This document shows, piece after piece, positions 27,023 through 37,500 of a DNA stretch of 64,000 nt. The number at the start of each line of letters is the position of its first letter. Position 1 is the stretch's first letter. The notes below the pieces were generated by a model. The model was not told where the DNA came from, ran no database searches, and saw only the letters and a program-made list of their open reading frames with translations. The translations under genes and the position numbers were made by a program. Origin of the DNA: a bacterium (GTDB taxonomy: Bacteria > J088 > JAWLBW01); contig JAWLBW010000001.1 in NCBI GenBank assembly GCA_041687475.1, positions 4,703 to 68,702 of the forward strand. The letters are read 5' to 3'.

Positions 27023-27793
27023 ATGGCCGATGCGCCCACCATAAGCCCCGGCGAAAAGGGAGTCCGGCCCCGCCGTGAGCTGAAGGGCGACCTGGGTGAC
27101 GTTCCTCTTGCGGTAATCCTGCAGGCGGTCAAGGAACGCCACCTCACGGGTAGTCTGTTTTTCCGTAGAGGTGCCGACGAAGTTACCGTCGAGGTCGCCA
27201 ACGGCGAAGTTGTTTTCGCCCACTCGACCGATCCAGCCACTCGCCTCGGCGAGTGGCTGCTCATGCGGGGGGCCATATCCGTTTCCCAGTATGAAGAAAG
27301 CGTGCGACGACTACGCGAATCGGGCAAGCGGCAGGGAACCATTCTGCTCGAGATGGGGTGTATTCCTCCGCTCGAGCTTGAACGGGCCGTCCGACAGCAG
27401 GTGGCCGACATCATCATGGACCTGTTTTCGTGGAGCACCGGCGAATACCGTTTCAGCCCCAAGGAAACCAGCGACGAGGCCATCACGCTCGATCTGAGCA
27501 TTTCCGAGGTCATCATTAAAGGAATCGGTCGCGTGCGCAACTGGCCCCTGATTCAGCGCGGCCTGCAGCCCTTTACCGAAGTGCTGCAGATTAACCGGGC
27601 GTTCGATCTCACCGAAGCCCGACGGGTGAGACTCAGTCGCGAAGAAGATTCCGTTCTCCAGCTTGTCGACGGCAAGCGAAGCATCGAACAGATTGCCGCG
27701 GCCTCGCCTTTCCGGGCATACGCAACCTATCGTACGCTATACGCCTTCAAGGCCGCCCACGTACTCGTTCGCGCGCAACCTCCCGGAAGATAG
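27023..27793 (+). CDS. DUF4388 (PATAN-like) plus MshEN-type (GspE-N-like) putative c-di-GMP-binding protein
   Basis: N-terminal DUF4388 pattern LKGDLGDVPLAVILQAV...TGSLFF...GEVVFA. Residues 74-126 carry two 24-residue RLGxxLLxxG(L/I)Ixxxx(L)xxx(L)xxQ motifs separated by exactly 5 residues. Confidence 0.6.
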   Translation: MADAPTISPGEKGVRPRRELKGDLGDVPLAVILQAVKERHLTGSLFFRRGADEVTVEVANGEVVFAHSTDPATRLGEWLLMRGAISVSQYEESVRRLRESGKRQGTILLEMGCIPPLELERAVRQQVADIIMDLFSWSTGEYRFSPKETSDEAITLDLSISEVIIKGIGRVRNWPLIQRGLQPFTEVLQINRAFDLTEARRVRLSREEDSVLQLVDGKRSIEQIAAASPFRAYATYRTLYAFKAAHVLVRAQPPGR

Positions 27794-27907
27794 CCATAGC
27801 CCATTCGATTGCGCGTAATTCCGGCCCCGACTCTTTGCGGGGCGTAGCCGGGTGGCCCCACGCAAGACGGCAGAGCCTGCGCAAACGGTCATTTCTCGGC
27901 TCGGCAA

Positions 27908-27942
27908 ACAAAAAAGGGCCGCCCTGATGGCGGCCCCGAATC
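27908..27942 (-). terminator. Rho-independent terminator ending the polysaccharide-export operon
   Basis: 8 bp GC stem GGGCCGCC/GGCGGCCC with a 5 nt loop, preceded on the plus strand by A6 (T6 on the transcribed strand). Confidence 0.5.
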
Positions 27943-27956
27943 GACGGCGCGCGTTT

Positions 27957-30047
27957 TCACGCCGCAGGCTCCTCGTCGTCGGAACCATAATAGTACTGGT
28001 ACTGGTAGGCATATGCCCCGTCGGTGACGTCGAGGCCGTTCAGAACGACGCCCAGCACATTGGTGTCGACCTCGACCAGACGCCGCCGGGCTTCGGCCAC
28101 CAGGTCGCGGCTGACCTTGCCGGACTTGACCACGTATAGTACGCCGTCTACCTTTCGGCCGAGTACGATGGCATCGGTCACCGGAATCACCGGGGGACTG
28201 TCGAAGACCACCCGATCGAATTCCTGTTCGAGCATCTTGAGCACTTCGTCCATGCGGGCGCTCGTCAACAGTTCGCTGGGATTCGGCGGCAATGGACCGC
28301 TGGGAATGACCCACAGATTGGGTATGTCGGTGGGCAGCATGACCGATGCGACGTCGTTCGAACCCAGAAGAAGCGTCGAGAAGCCTGCGTCGTTACGAAG
28401 GCCGAAGGTCTTGTGCAGCCTGCTTCGGCGCAGATCGGCGTCGACCAGGACCACGCGCTGTCCGGCCTGGGCCAGGGTGATACCCAGGTTGCAGGTGGTC
28501 GTCGATTTGCCCTCGAGCGGGGTCGCACTCGTGACGATGAAGGAGTGCAGCGGTTTTTCAGCCCCCAGGAACATGAGGTTCGTACGGATCGAACGGCAGC
28601 TTTCGGCGATCGTGCTCTTTGGGTGAGTGTGCACGAACAGGTCACGGTCGGTCGATTCTTCGTTAGCGTCGGCCATGTCCGGAATGACGCCGAGTAGCGG
28701 CAGCTGAACGTGACGTTCGATATCTTCGGTAGTCTTGATCGTGTTGTCGACGTACTCGAAGAAGAAGGCAAGGCCGATACCTCCGACGAGTCCCACGAGA
28801 ACGGCCAGGGCCATGTTGACCTGCACCCGCGGCTTCACGGGCCGGCTGGGTTCGAGCGCGCTGTCGATGATGCGCAGGTTGTTGGCGCGCAGCGAGCTTG
28901 TGAGATCGGCCTCCTTCAGCCGACCGAGCAGAATGTCGTACAGCTGCTGGTTTTTTTCGGCATCTTGTTGAATGGCCATGTGGCTGATGAATTTCTTGTG
29001 CAACTCGAGGGCTTCCTGTTTGGCGGTTTCGAGCTCGGCGCCCAGCGAGTTTTCTTCGGCACGCTTGAGCACGTACTCGGTACGGGCCGCTTCCAGAATC
29101 TTGGTTATCTCGCCCTCGATGCGCTGATTCACGAAGGAAATCTGGTCGTGCAGTCGGCGCATTTTCGGATGCTCGGGCAGGTAACGGGCCGAAAGCTGGC
29201 TGTGTTCGCGTTGCATGTCGATGAGTTGCTGCTTGAGATTCTGCACGAGCTGGCTCGAAAGAACCTCGACCAGTGCCTCTCGGTCGGTACCCGCCCGCAC
29301 GAGGCGGTCAAGGCGCTTCCAGCGTGCTTCTACCTCGATGCGTTCGGCCCGGGCGCGTGAATAGGCGGTGTTCAGATCGACCAGCTTCTGCAGCATCAGG
29401 TTCTGCTTGTCGTCGAGCCCCACAAGCCTGTTCTTGTTCTTGAACTCGAACATCTTCTGCTCGCTTTCGACGACCTGGTTTTTCAATTCGGCCAATCGCT
29501 CGCTCAGCCAGTCAACCGCCTGCTTGGTAAGACTCAGGCGCTGTTCGAGGTTATCTTCGATATATACTTCGGCAATTGCGTTGGCCACCCGGGTGGCTTC
29601 GGCAGGATCCGGATGATTGTAGGAAATCTTGACCAGCTGGCTTTCCTTGATTGGTGTGACCTCCAGGTGCGCAAGGAAGTAGCCCGGAGTCATGGTGACC
29701 TCCTTACCCTCCTTGCCTTCCTGCTTGAGCCCGAGCCGATCGATAACCCGGCGTGCGATGTGGTTGCTCTGGATAATGCGGTTCTGGGTGTTGTAGTAGT
29801 CCTGGTACATGTAGTAGTTGCCCGAACCGAAATCGTCGATGGACTGAAAGTTCAGTACCTTCGGCGTATCGGGCAGAATGGCGATGGTCGTCGTCGCACG
29901 ATAGATCGGCGTCTGGCTCAGGGTACCGATGAGTACGACCGTAACCAGAACGACGAAGAAGGTGGCAACGACCCAGCGTCGCTTGCGAATGACCTCCCAG
30001 AGGTCCTTGAGATGAAATGCGTTCTGCTGTGTTCCTTCCTGGCCCAC
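27957..30047 (-). CDS. wzc: Polysaccharide co-polymerase/bacterial tyrosine autokinase (Wzc/BY-kinase family)
   Basis: Two TM segments flanking a long coiled-coil periplasmic domain. Walker A GKSTTT, A' VVLVDADLRR, B VVFDSPPV. Tyr-rich tail YAYQYQYYYG. Confidence 0.85.
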   Translation of the reverse strand: MGQEGTQQNAFHLKDLWEVIRKRRWVVATFFVVLVTVVLIGTLSQTPIYRATTTIAILPDTPKVLNFQSIDDFGSGNYYMYQDYYNTQNRIIQSNHIARRVIDRLGLKQEGKEGKEVTMTPGYFLAHLEVTPIKESQLVKISYNHPDPAEATRVANAIAEVYIEDNLEQRLSLTKQAVDWLSERLAELKNQVVESEQKMFEFKNKNRLVGLDDKQNLMLQKLVDLNTAYSRARAERIEVEARWKRLDRLVRAGTDREALVEVLSSQLVQNLKQQLIDMQREHSQLSARYLPEHPKMRRLHDQISFVNQRIEGEITKILEAARTEYVLKRAEENSLGAELETAKQEALELHKKFISHMAIQQDAEKNQQLYDILLGRLKEADLTSSLRANNLRIIDSALEPSRPVKPRVQVNMALAVLVGLVGGIGLAFFFEYVDNTIKTTEDIERHVQLPLLGVIPDMADANEESTDRDLFVHTHPKSTIAESCRSIRTNLMFLGAEKPLHSFIVTSATPLEGKSTTTCNLGITLAQAGQRVVLVDADLRRSRLHKTFGLRNDAGFSTLLLGSNDVASVMLPTDIPNLWVIPSGPLPPNPSELLTSARMDEVLKMLEQEFDRVVFDSPPVIPVTDAIVLGRKVDGVLYVVKSGKVSRDLVAEARRRLVEVDTNVLGVVLNGLDVTDGAYAYQYQYYYGSDDEEPAA

Positions 30048-30059
30048 CGTTACCCCCTG

Positions 30060-30899
30060 TCAGAAGAAGCTTTGCGGAACTACGACGATATCTTCGGGCT
30101 GCAGGCGCAGGTCGCTTTCCTTGTTGTCGACGACCTTGCCCAGATTGATACGCATCTTGCGCTCTTTGCCGTTCTGCGAGCGTATTACCTGAACCTTGCC
30201 GTCGTTGGCCTTGTTGGTGAGACCTTCTGCCAGACTGACCGCCTGAAGAACGGTCAGGCCCTCGCGGTAGGGAACGACCCCCGGTTTTTTCACCTCGCCG
30301 TACACGTAGACGCCGTCGGAGCGCGGAACGAACAGAATGTCGCCGTCGCCCACGACGAGATTCAGGGTCGCTTCTCCGAAGCGCAGAAGTCGGTGGGCGT
30401 CAATGAGCACAGGTTCGGTTTCACTGGTGATGGCCGGGGGACCCGAGGTGCGATTTCCGCCCCGCACGAGAACAAGGCTCCGGGCCGCGTTCTCGAGAAC
30501 GCCACCGGCCTGCGAAACCAGATCGAGCACCGTGGTTCTACCGCTTAGCGAGTAGGGCCCGGGTTCCTTCACCATGCCGAGTACCACGGCCTTCCGGCTG
30601 CGGTATTCCTTGACCTGAACGAACACCTGCGGGTCGACGAGATAGCGCTCGGCCAACCGCGTGCGAATCAACTGCTCGATTTCGGCCGACGTATGTCCCG
30701 TGACCGCTACGGCCCCGATTAGAGGAAACCCGATGGTGCCGTTTTCGTGAACGACCGCTTCCTTGCTCAGGTCTTCTTCATCGAATACGCGAATTTCGAG
30801 CACGTCTCGTGCTCCGACCCGGTATTCGTCTGCCGCCTCGGAAATCGACGGCAACAGCATCAAGGCAATCAGGCTGCAGGTAAGCGCTATCAGTCGCAT
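30060..30899 (-). CDS. wza: Short outer-membrane polysaccharide export (OPX/Wza-family) protein lacking the C-terminal OM-spanning helix
   Basis: Signal peptide. Poly_export motif YRVGARDVLEIRVF...NGTIGFPLIG plus SLBB-like repeats. Only 279 aa, ending right after the last SLBB repeat. Confidence 0.8.
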   Translation of the reverse strand: MRLIALTCSLIALMLLPSISEAADEYRVGARDVLEIRVFDEEDLSKEAVVHENGTIGFPLIGAVAVTGHTSAEIEQLIRTRLAERYLVDPQVFVQVKEYRSRKAVVLGMVKEPGPYSLSGRTTVLDLVSQAGGVLENAARSLVLVRGGNRTSGPPAITSETEPVLIDAHRLLRFGEATLNLVVGDGDILFVPRSDGVYVYGEVKKPGVVPYREGLTVLQAVSLAEGLTNKANDGKVQVIRSQNGKERKMRINLGKVVDNKESDLRLQPEDIVVVPQSFF

Positions 30900-32161
30900 C
30901 AGAGCATTGCCTCCACTTCAAGAAAGACCTGATTGGTTTCGTAGCTGAACCAGTCGAAATCACTCTCGCGCTGCTCGCGGTTGTACCCGAGGTTTACCTT
31001 GAGCCAGTCTTCGCTTAGGGGCCGGAACTCTCCCTTTACCGAAGCGAGAAACCCCCAGTCGGTACGCGCATACGGCTCGGAATAGCGGTTGCTGAAGACA
31101 TTGCCGCCTACCGCCGCAGCCACGATGGGGGTGAAGGCGTGCCAGAATTCGGCGTAGCCCCGGTTGGAAACATAGTAGCTTGTGCTGTATGAATCGTAGA
31201 GTTCACGGGCGCCGCCGACGGTGAGGCGCGTGCGTTCACTGAATTTTTCGTTGAACTCCAGCTTGCCCAGCCAGGTGCTGGCGCGGGCGGCTGAGTTCTC
31301 GTAATCGAGGCGGCCCCACCCCAGGGCGAGAATGGCCGTCATGCGGCTCGTTACCGCACCCTGAGCGCCCAGCCAGGCTTTCCACCCGTCGGCGTCATTC
31401 TTCTGAATGGTCGAGGCGGCTTCCGAATCGAGATAACGAACGAAGTAGCCTTCACCCTCGACAAAAGCAGCCGTTTTGGGAAAGAAGCGATACGAAATGC
31501 GCCCGCGAGGGGCATGAATGTTCTTGTCGAGATACGTATAGGTCTGGGCCGAAAAACGCTCGCTGCTGAGTATGTAGCCGGCGTCGAACTGCAGGTTGCT
31601 GTCTTCCAGGTTATAGACGAGGGTCGGTTTGAATTCGTTGTGAACCAACCCGATGGGTCGGAGGTCGGCCTGCTCGTCGAAGGTGAGCTCGGTGGCCGTT
31701 ACGAAGAGGTTTTTTCGCACCAGATCGTCGCGCAGGCCAATACCGAAACCGTTGTTGAGCCGGAGGCTGAACTCGCCGAATACTTCGTGGTTGTTGAAGG
31801 TATCCCAGATGGTGGTATCGATGTTGCCATCGAAACCACCGGTGTATTTGACGCCCTGCCATGCATAGCCGGCTGACGCATGACTGTTCGTACCGAAAGG
31901 CAGGCGCAGGTTGAGCTGTGGGTTCAGCGTGAAGTAGATGTCTTCTACGGGGTCGACGCTGAAGCTGCCCGAGTCGTTTACCTTGAATACGTTGTCGTCG
32001 TAGATGGCCGAAAACGTGACCGATGGCCTTACCTCGACAGGTCCGGCCTGAAGCCGTGCCGGGCCGTCGGCCGCCTGGCTCGCGCCCGGAATAAGCGCTG
32101 CTAACAGCGCGCCTGCCGCGGCTGCAGTGATGATCCTGCTCACGATGTTCCCCCCAAACAA
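30899..32161 (-). CDS. Outer-membrane beta-barrel protein, candidate translocon partner of the short OPX
   Basis: Signal peptide IITAAAAGALLAALIPGASQA and alternating amphipathic beta-strand pattern rich in aromatic residues. It overlaps the wza start by 1 nt. Confidence 0.6.
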   Translation of the reverse strand: MFGGNIVSRIITAAAAGALLAALIPGASQAADGPARLQAGPVEVRPSVTFSAIYDDNVFKVNDSGSFSVDPVEDIYFTLNPQLNLRLPFGTNSHASAGYAWQGVKYTGGFDGNIDTTIWDTFNNHEVFGEFSLRLNNGFGIGLRDDLVRKNLFVTATELTFDEQADLRPIGLVHNEFKPTLVYNLEDSNLQFDAGYILSSERFSAQTYTYLDKNIHAPRGRISYRFFPKTAAFVEGEGYFVRYLDSEAASTIQKNDADGWKAWLGAQGAVTSRMTAILALGWGRLDYENSAARASTWLGKLEFNEKFSERTRLTVGGARELYDSYSTSYYVSNRGYAEFWHAFTPIVAAAVGGNVFSNRYSEPYARTDWGFLASVKGEFRPLSEDWLKVNLGYNREQRESDFDWFSYETNQVFLEVEAML

Positions 32162-32192
32162 GTAAGTGACCCGCCGAAGCGAGCCGGTGCGC

Positions 32193-32762
32193 TTAGCGCA
32201 CCGGCGTCGCCGGCTTTTTCGGCACGATATGATCGGCCGGTTTGTCCTTCGGCTCTACCGTTTCACCCGGTTCGATGTCGCCGTCGAGATTCTTTTCCGA
32301 GACCAGTTGTCCCGAATTGATGCGCACACAGGCGCGGGCCTGGGTAGCGAGATCGCGTACGCGTTCGGTCGCCGCCGACAGGGTTTTGGCCTCGATGTTC
32401 AGCGACTCGATATCGCCCGTGGGAATCGAAGACAGCCGCTTGGCGGCCTGACTGGCCGCATTGCGAAGATTCTGCGCCGGAACGAGCTTCTGCTCGACGC
32501 ACGAAGCGGCAAGGGAATCATTGCGTCGGCGGGCGTCGGTACGCAGCCGCGTCATGGACTCGATATGGCCGGCGATATTGTCGAGGTACTGTGTTTCTAC
32601 CTCCTGGATCCGACCCGCCAGGATCTGGCTCATCAGGGTTTCGACCCCACCAATGGCCGCCTGGGCCTGGTTCGGGTGCGCGTGCGTGAACCCGAGTTCG
32701 TGCGCGTGCGCGACACCGGGCGCAAGGCTTGCGGCCAGTATAAACATAAGCATCCGTGTCAT
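32193..32762 (-). CDS. Hypothetical secreted protein
   Basis: Signal peptide MTRMLMFILAASLAPGVAHA. His-rich HELGFTHAHPN, then a helical region. Confidence 0.45.
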   Translation of the reverse strand: MTRMLMFILAASLAPGVAHAHELGFTHAHPNQAQAAIGGVETLMSQILAGRIQEVETQYLDNIAGHIESMTRLRTDARRRNDSLAASCVEQKLVPAQNLRNAASQAAKRLSSIPTGDIESLNIEAKTLSAATERVRDLATQARACVRINSGQLVSEKNLDGDIEPGETVEPKDKPADHIVPKKPATPVR

Positions 32763-32874
32763 AAGTCACCCCAAAGACAAAAGCGTCTATCTCCAGCCTA
32801 GGAACCCGGAAGCAAACGGTCAACGGCCCGTCTCTGCAGACCTGGAACCCTCTTGCACAACCACCGCGCCTGTG

Positions 32875-33135
32875 TCACTGCGCCGTCGACCGGGTGTCGC
32901 GTTCTGCCAGCTTTACGGCGTCTTTCACAATCTCGTCGAGCAGGGGCGAGCGCAGGCGTTCTACGCCGGGTGTCGGTGGCCCTTTCTGACTTCGCTCCAG
33001 GATGAACATGACCTCGGGCTTGTGAATCTCACCCTCGACGGCCAACTGATCCATACGTATGGTCTCTGCGGCCGCCGTAATGCCGAGGAGCGACAAAAAT
33101 GCCACTGCCAGTCCCAGGAAAATGGATAGACGCAT
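32875..33135 (-). CDS. Small hypothetical secreted protein (86 aa)
   Basis: Signal peptide MRLSIFLGLAVAFLSLLGITAAA. Sits within the operon. Confidence 0.4.
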   Translation of the reverse strand: MRLSIFLGLAVAFLSLLGITAAAETIRMDQLAVEGEIHKPEVMFILERSQKGPPTPGVERLRSPLLDEIVKDAVKLAERDTRSTAQ

Positions 33136-33137
33136 GA

Positions 33138-34511
33138 TTACTTCACCGATGGTAGATAACGTTCGAGTTCACTGGGTTGTTCCCGTCGAGAAGAGCCGTT
33201 GCGCTCGTCGTCTGCAGGCGCGGAAGCCGGAGGTGATTCGGGCGCGGGTCGAATATGGTCGGAGTCTGCCTGTTCGCCGGCTCCGTCGTTGTTGCCAGCA
33301 GCCGAGTCGCCACTTTCCGTTTCAACGTCGGTCACGGGAATCGAGCCGCCTGTCTCGATGGGTGCCGGCAGTGATTTCAGCTTTTCGATGGCCCGTTGCA
33401 CCTCACCGCGTTTTCCATGCGTCAATAAATCGAGCGCTTTCTCGAGATAGGCCAATGCTCTGGCCCTTCCCGTAGAGGTCGAGGCATCCAGGGCGTAGTA
33501 CCTTCCGGCTGCGAGGGCATACGCGGGCTCCTCGACGCCGGAAGCGGCTGCCTCCTTGAGTGACGGCAATGCCTGCGACGCGAGATCGCGGTCAATGAGT
33601 AAGTTCGCCAGGTTGAGATGGGCTTCGCCGAGGCGAGGGGCGCTGGCAGCGGCCGAACGGAAATCTGTTTCGGCTTCGTCCCAGCGTTGCAGCACGGCAA
33701 ATACGTAACCTCTATCGTTGAGGGCAGGTGCGAACGTCGAACGCATTTCGAGCGATTCATTCAGGTGTTCAAGGGCAAGCGCCCATTCCTCTTTCTCCAA
33801 AGCCAGTCGAGCCAGTTGCCAGAAGACAACCCCCTTATCTACGGTGGGCGAATCGGTAAGGGTGGTCAGCAACTCTTCGGCGAGGGTGGTGTTGCCCTGT
33901 TGTGCGTGCACGCGGGCAACGACCAGGCGGGCCTCATCCTGGCGTTGATCGAGCAGCAGCGCGCGGCTCGCCGACTCGAGCGCCTTGTCGAAGTCGTCGG
34001 CGCGACGGGATACCTCGGCGAGAAACACCCACCGGCTGGCGTCGGATGGTCGGTCGTCGACGAGTTGGACGGCGAGTTTAGCCGCTTCGTCTGCACGACC
34101 CGACCGAATCAGGGCATCGGCCAGGACGGCCACGGCCGCAGGGTGGCCCGGTCGTAGAAACAGGGCATCGCGCACGGGGGCGATGGCAAGCGCCGGGTAG
34201 CCGTGATTCAGCAGCAGGCGCCCCAACTCGACCCGCAGTTCGACATCATCGGGCACCCGGCCCAGGCGTTCGATCAGGTGCCTTGCCTTCTCGTGCACGT
34301 CGGTATCGTCGAGGCCGCGTAGGGCTTCGGCGTAAAGGTTTGTCCTCTCGCTTTCAGGACCGGTCGCCCGCGTCACCGCGTCGGCATGGTTCTCCATGGC
34401 AACGGGTGCTTCCGGCGCCGGCTTTGTGACTTCGGCAACATCGAGCTTTCGCGAGGGCGATGAGGTGGCGCAGCCGGCTGCCGCCAGACAGAGGACTATG
34501 AGTTTTTTCAC
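33138..34511 (-). CDS. TPR-repeat lipoprotein (457 aa) with an acidic, Pro-rich C-terminal tail
   Basis: GTG start overlapping the upstream stop (GTGA). Lipobox LCLAAAGC. At least 8 TPR-like 34-residue units. Confidence 0.65.
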   Translation of the reverse strand: MKKLIVLCLAAAGCATSSPSRKLDVAEVTKPAPEAPVAMENHADAVTRATGPESERTNLYAEALRGLDDTDVHEKARHLIERLGRVPDDVELRVELGRLLLNHGYPALAIAPVRDALFLRPGHPAAVAVLADALIRSGRADEAAKLAVQLVDDRPSDASRWVFLAEVSRRADDFDKALESASRALLLDQRQDEARLVVARVHAQQGNTTLAEELLTTLTDSPTVDKGVVFWQLARLALEKEEWALALEHLNESLEMRSTFAPALNDRGYVFAVLQRWDEAETDFRSAAASAPRLGEAHLNLANLLIDRDLASQALPSLKEAAASGVEEPAYALAAGRYYALDASTSTGRARALAYLEKALDLLTHGKRGEVQRAIEKLKSLPAPIETGGSIPVTDVETESGDSAAGNNDGAGEQADSDHIRPAPESPPASAPADDERNGSSRREQPSELERYLPSVK

Positions 34512-37500
34512 TGGAGCGCCTCCCTGCCTTCTGCCGTGCGAAATACCAGATCGTCGTCATGAAAGAAGGTATGCTGCTCGCGAAGGACCTTTCCGAGAAG
34601 GCCGCGCAGGCGTTTGGTGCCGACCATGTTTCCGTCGAGGCCGTCGGCGGCAACCTCTTCCGAGCTTGTGCGTACTGCCGCAATCATGGGCACCGGCTCG
34701 TGACCCTTGTCTTTTGCAGCCAACAGATGTGGCGACAGTCCGTCGGTAAGCAGGCGTACGCGGCTGGGTTGGGTACTGAGGGCCGCTCTGATGCGGCCTG
34801 TCCACTCGTTTTCCATCTTGAGGTCGCCGGCCCGTTCAAGGGCGAGGTTCCAGGCTTCGAAAGCTTTGTCCTCGACGGGCAGCGCCTTTTCTTCAAGTTC
34901 GAATTTGTAGATTTCGGCTTCCTCGGAACTCAGGCCGTCTGGCGTGGGGGCCGAAAAGAGCGACTCGGCAAAGTGGGCGTACGCCTCGCCTATACGGAAA
35001 AGCGCCGCGACGGCCCAGTGTGGGTGACCGGCCTCTACGACACGCGTATACGACGCCTGTAGATTCTTGAGACGTGTGGCCTTGTTCTCGAGAATGCTCG
35101 CCAGACGGTCCATATTGCGTGGGAGCACGATGGCGCGGTATCGCTCACGCTCGAGTTCGGCAAGAGCGAAGCGGGCAGCCCCCGCCGTCCAGAGGTCGGG
35201 TTCGCCCTGATCACGCAGCCGGTTTTCAAGAGCGACCGCCTGCTGTAGAAGCCGCTTTTGTTCGCCCCCCTTTACCAGCATGGCCGCGCTGTAGGCTGCA
35301 AAGGGGGCCTTTTTGTCGTCTGAGCGACTGGCAGCGAACGATTTATAGCGCTCGACCGCCTGAGCGGTTTCTCCGGCCGCTTCCCACTGCACGGCGGCAC
35401 GAAGCAGGGTGTCGCTGGCCTCGGTCGCCGACCTTCCGTAGTTGTTCCAATGCTGTTCGAAAAACCTGGCCGCTTGCCTGTGTTCTCCGATCAGACCGCT
35501 CAGCGAGGCCACGTTGAAGAGGGCGTCTGCCGCCTCTTCGGAACGCGGATACTTTTCTACGACGAGAGCGTAGGCCGCGATGGCGCGCCGGTGATCGAGT
35601 GCGTTCTGCAGAATATGCCCGCGGCGAAAGGCGGCGCGGGAAGCGAATTTTTCCTTGCCGTGTCGTTCCAGTATTGACGCGTACAAATCGAGTGCCTTGA
35701 TCGTGTGACCGGCCTTTTCGTAGTTATAGGCTGCGTTGAACAGAGCCGCCACGCCGGCGGGTGTCGCAGGATACCGTCGGTAAACGGCAAGGTACCTGGT
35801 TGCTGCTTCCTCGGCGTCGCCCAGTCTGTCCTTGGCATGCGCTTCCCTGAACATGGCGCCACCCACCATGTCAAGCACGTATCGCCGGGCGACCTTGTCG
35901 GCGGGTAGACCCCTTTCGAGAAGCCGGTCGGCCCAATCGGCGAGATCTCCGTAGCGTTCTTCCTTCGCATAAGAGTCAATGACCGTTCGGATGGCATCGA
36001 GCACGAGGGGCGAATAAGGGTACGATTCGATCATGGCCGACAGGCTGCCGCGACAGGCGTCCTCCAGACCTTGCCTGCAAAGCTCGTGCCCTGCGTGATA
36101 GAGCACCCGTGGCGTATTCTCATCCGTCGGCAGCAAGTCGGCATACTGTCGACTGACTTCGACCAGTCGGTCGATGTTGGTCGGGTTCTGCTCGTAGAGC
36201 CGCCGGGCTGCAAGGACCGAGTTGTAGGCGGCGGTGTGCGCGATACCGGTCGTCGGGTCGGGGGCCGTTCGTGCGACCAGTGTATAGTGGCTCAGGGCAT
36301 CGGCGTAGGCTTTGCGATCATACAGAAGTTCGGCCAGATAGAAATTGATCTGACCTGCCCGGGCGTGCTCGGGAAAGTGTGCCAGATACAGCCGGTAACC
36401 CTCTTCGGCGGGCTTGCGGCTGGCATCGTTTCCATCACCCCATTGCTCGTGATGAAAGGTCGAGTACTCGAACAGATAGCGCTCGACCAGTGCATCGGCT
36501 TTTTCACGCAGGGTCGCCCGGGTGGCATTGGCAGCGTACCAGGCCGAGCCCGGAAGGAACTGCGTGGCAAGCCGTCGGCGTTCATTGACGGCCGTTACCT
36601 TTTCCCGCATCTGATGAAGCGATTGAACCTTGCGGCCTGCAGCACGTAGGTTTTCGGGGGCTTCGGGCCACCGTGCTTGTGCAACGGTGTAGGCGCTTAC
36701 CGCCGACATGAAGTCGGTGCTCTCGTAGAAAATGTCGGCTATGCGTCGCAGCAGCCTGTCGTCGTAGGACCGCTGCCCCCGATTTTCCATATCTTCAAGA
36801 GCCTGGGATAACCCCATGCCTTCAACGTAGCTGATGGCAAGGTACTGCATGGCCTCGTTCAACAGATCGGGGCGTTCACGGCCCATGTCGGCCAGCCGGG
36901 TAAAGGTCGAAATTGCCTCTGCATAAGCGTTCTGGCGATAGAGAGACCAGGCCAGCTTGTAGATGGCGCGATCCATCCAGGGGCCCTCTTCGGCAAGGGC
37001 GGCTTCATAGAAACGCGCGGCAGAGGCAATCCGGTGTCGGTCGAAGTGATAGTCGCCGATTCGAACGAGAATTTCTGCTCGCAGCCTGCTTTCTGCCGAC
37101 TCGGCCAGGAGCTCTTCGAAAGCGAGTACGGCTCTTCGTTCCTCGCCCATTTCCTGTAGTGCGTAGCCCTTCAGGTACCATGCAATCGCGCGGTTGTCTG
37201 CACCGCCCTTTCCGGCTAGCAAGCGCTCAAGGGTGGCGAGGGCAGTGCCGTAGTTCTTGCGGGGCTGCCTCTTCTCCGTTTCATCGGGAAGGGCCAGGTA
37301 ACGATTCATCTGCTCGGCGTAATGTTGATCGGCAGACTCCATTTGAAGCACCGCGAGGCGCAACAAGGCTTCAGAAACCTGGGGTGAGTCTGCGTGATTG
37401 GAGACGAAGCTTTCGAGGCGTGCCTCGGCCACCCGGCGCTGCTTCGCGGTTTCCGTTTCCAGCGGTACCCTTAGTGCCTCATAGCGCTTTTCTATCGCGT

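Noticed and set aside
26830-27540. 236 aa minus-strand ORF upstream of lon
   Set aside because: It overlaps the DUF4388/MshEN gene, which has strong motif matches, on the other strand. The translation is Ser/Arg-rich with no features. It also covers the lon promoter region.
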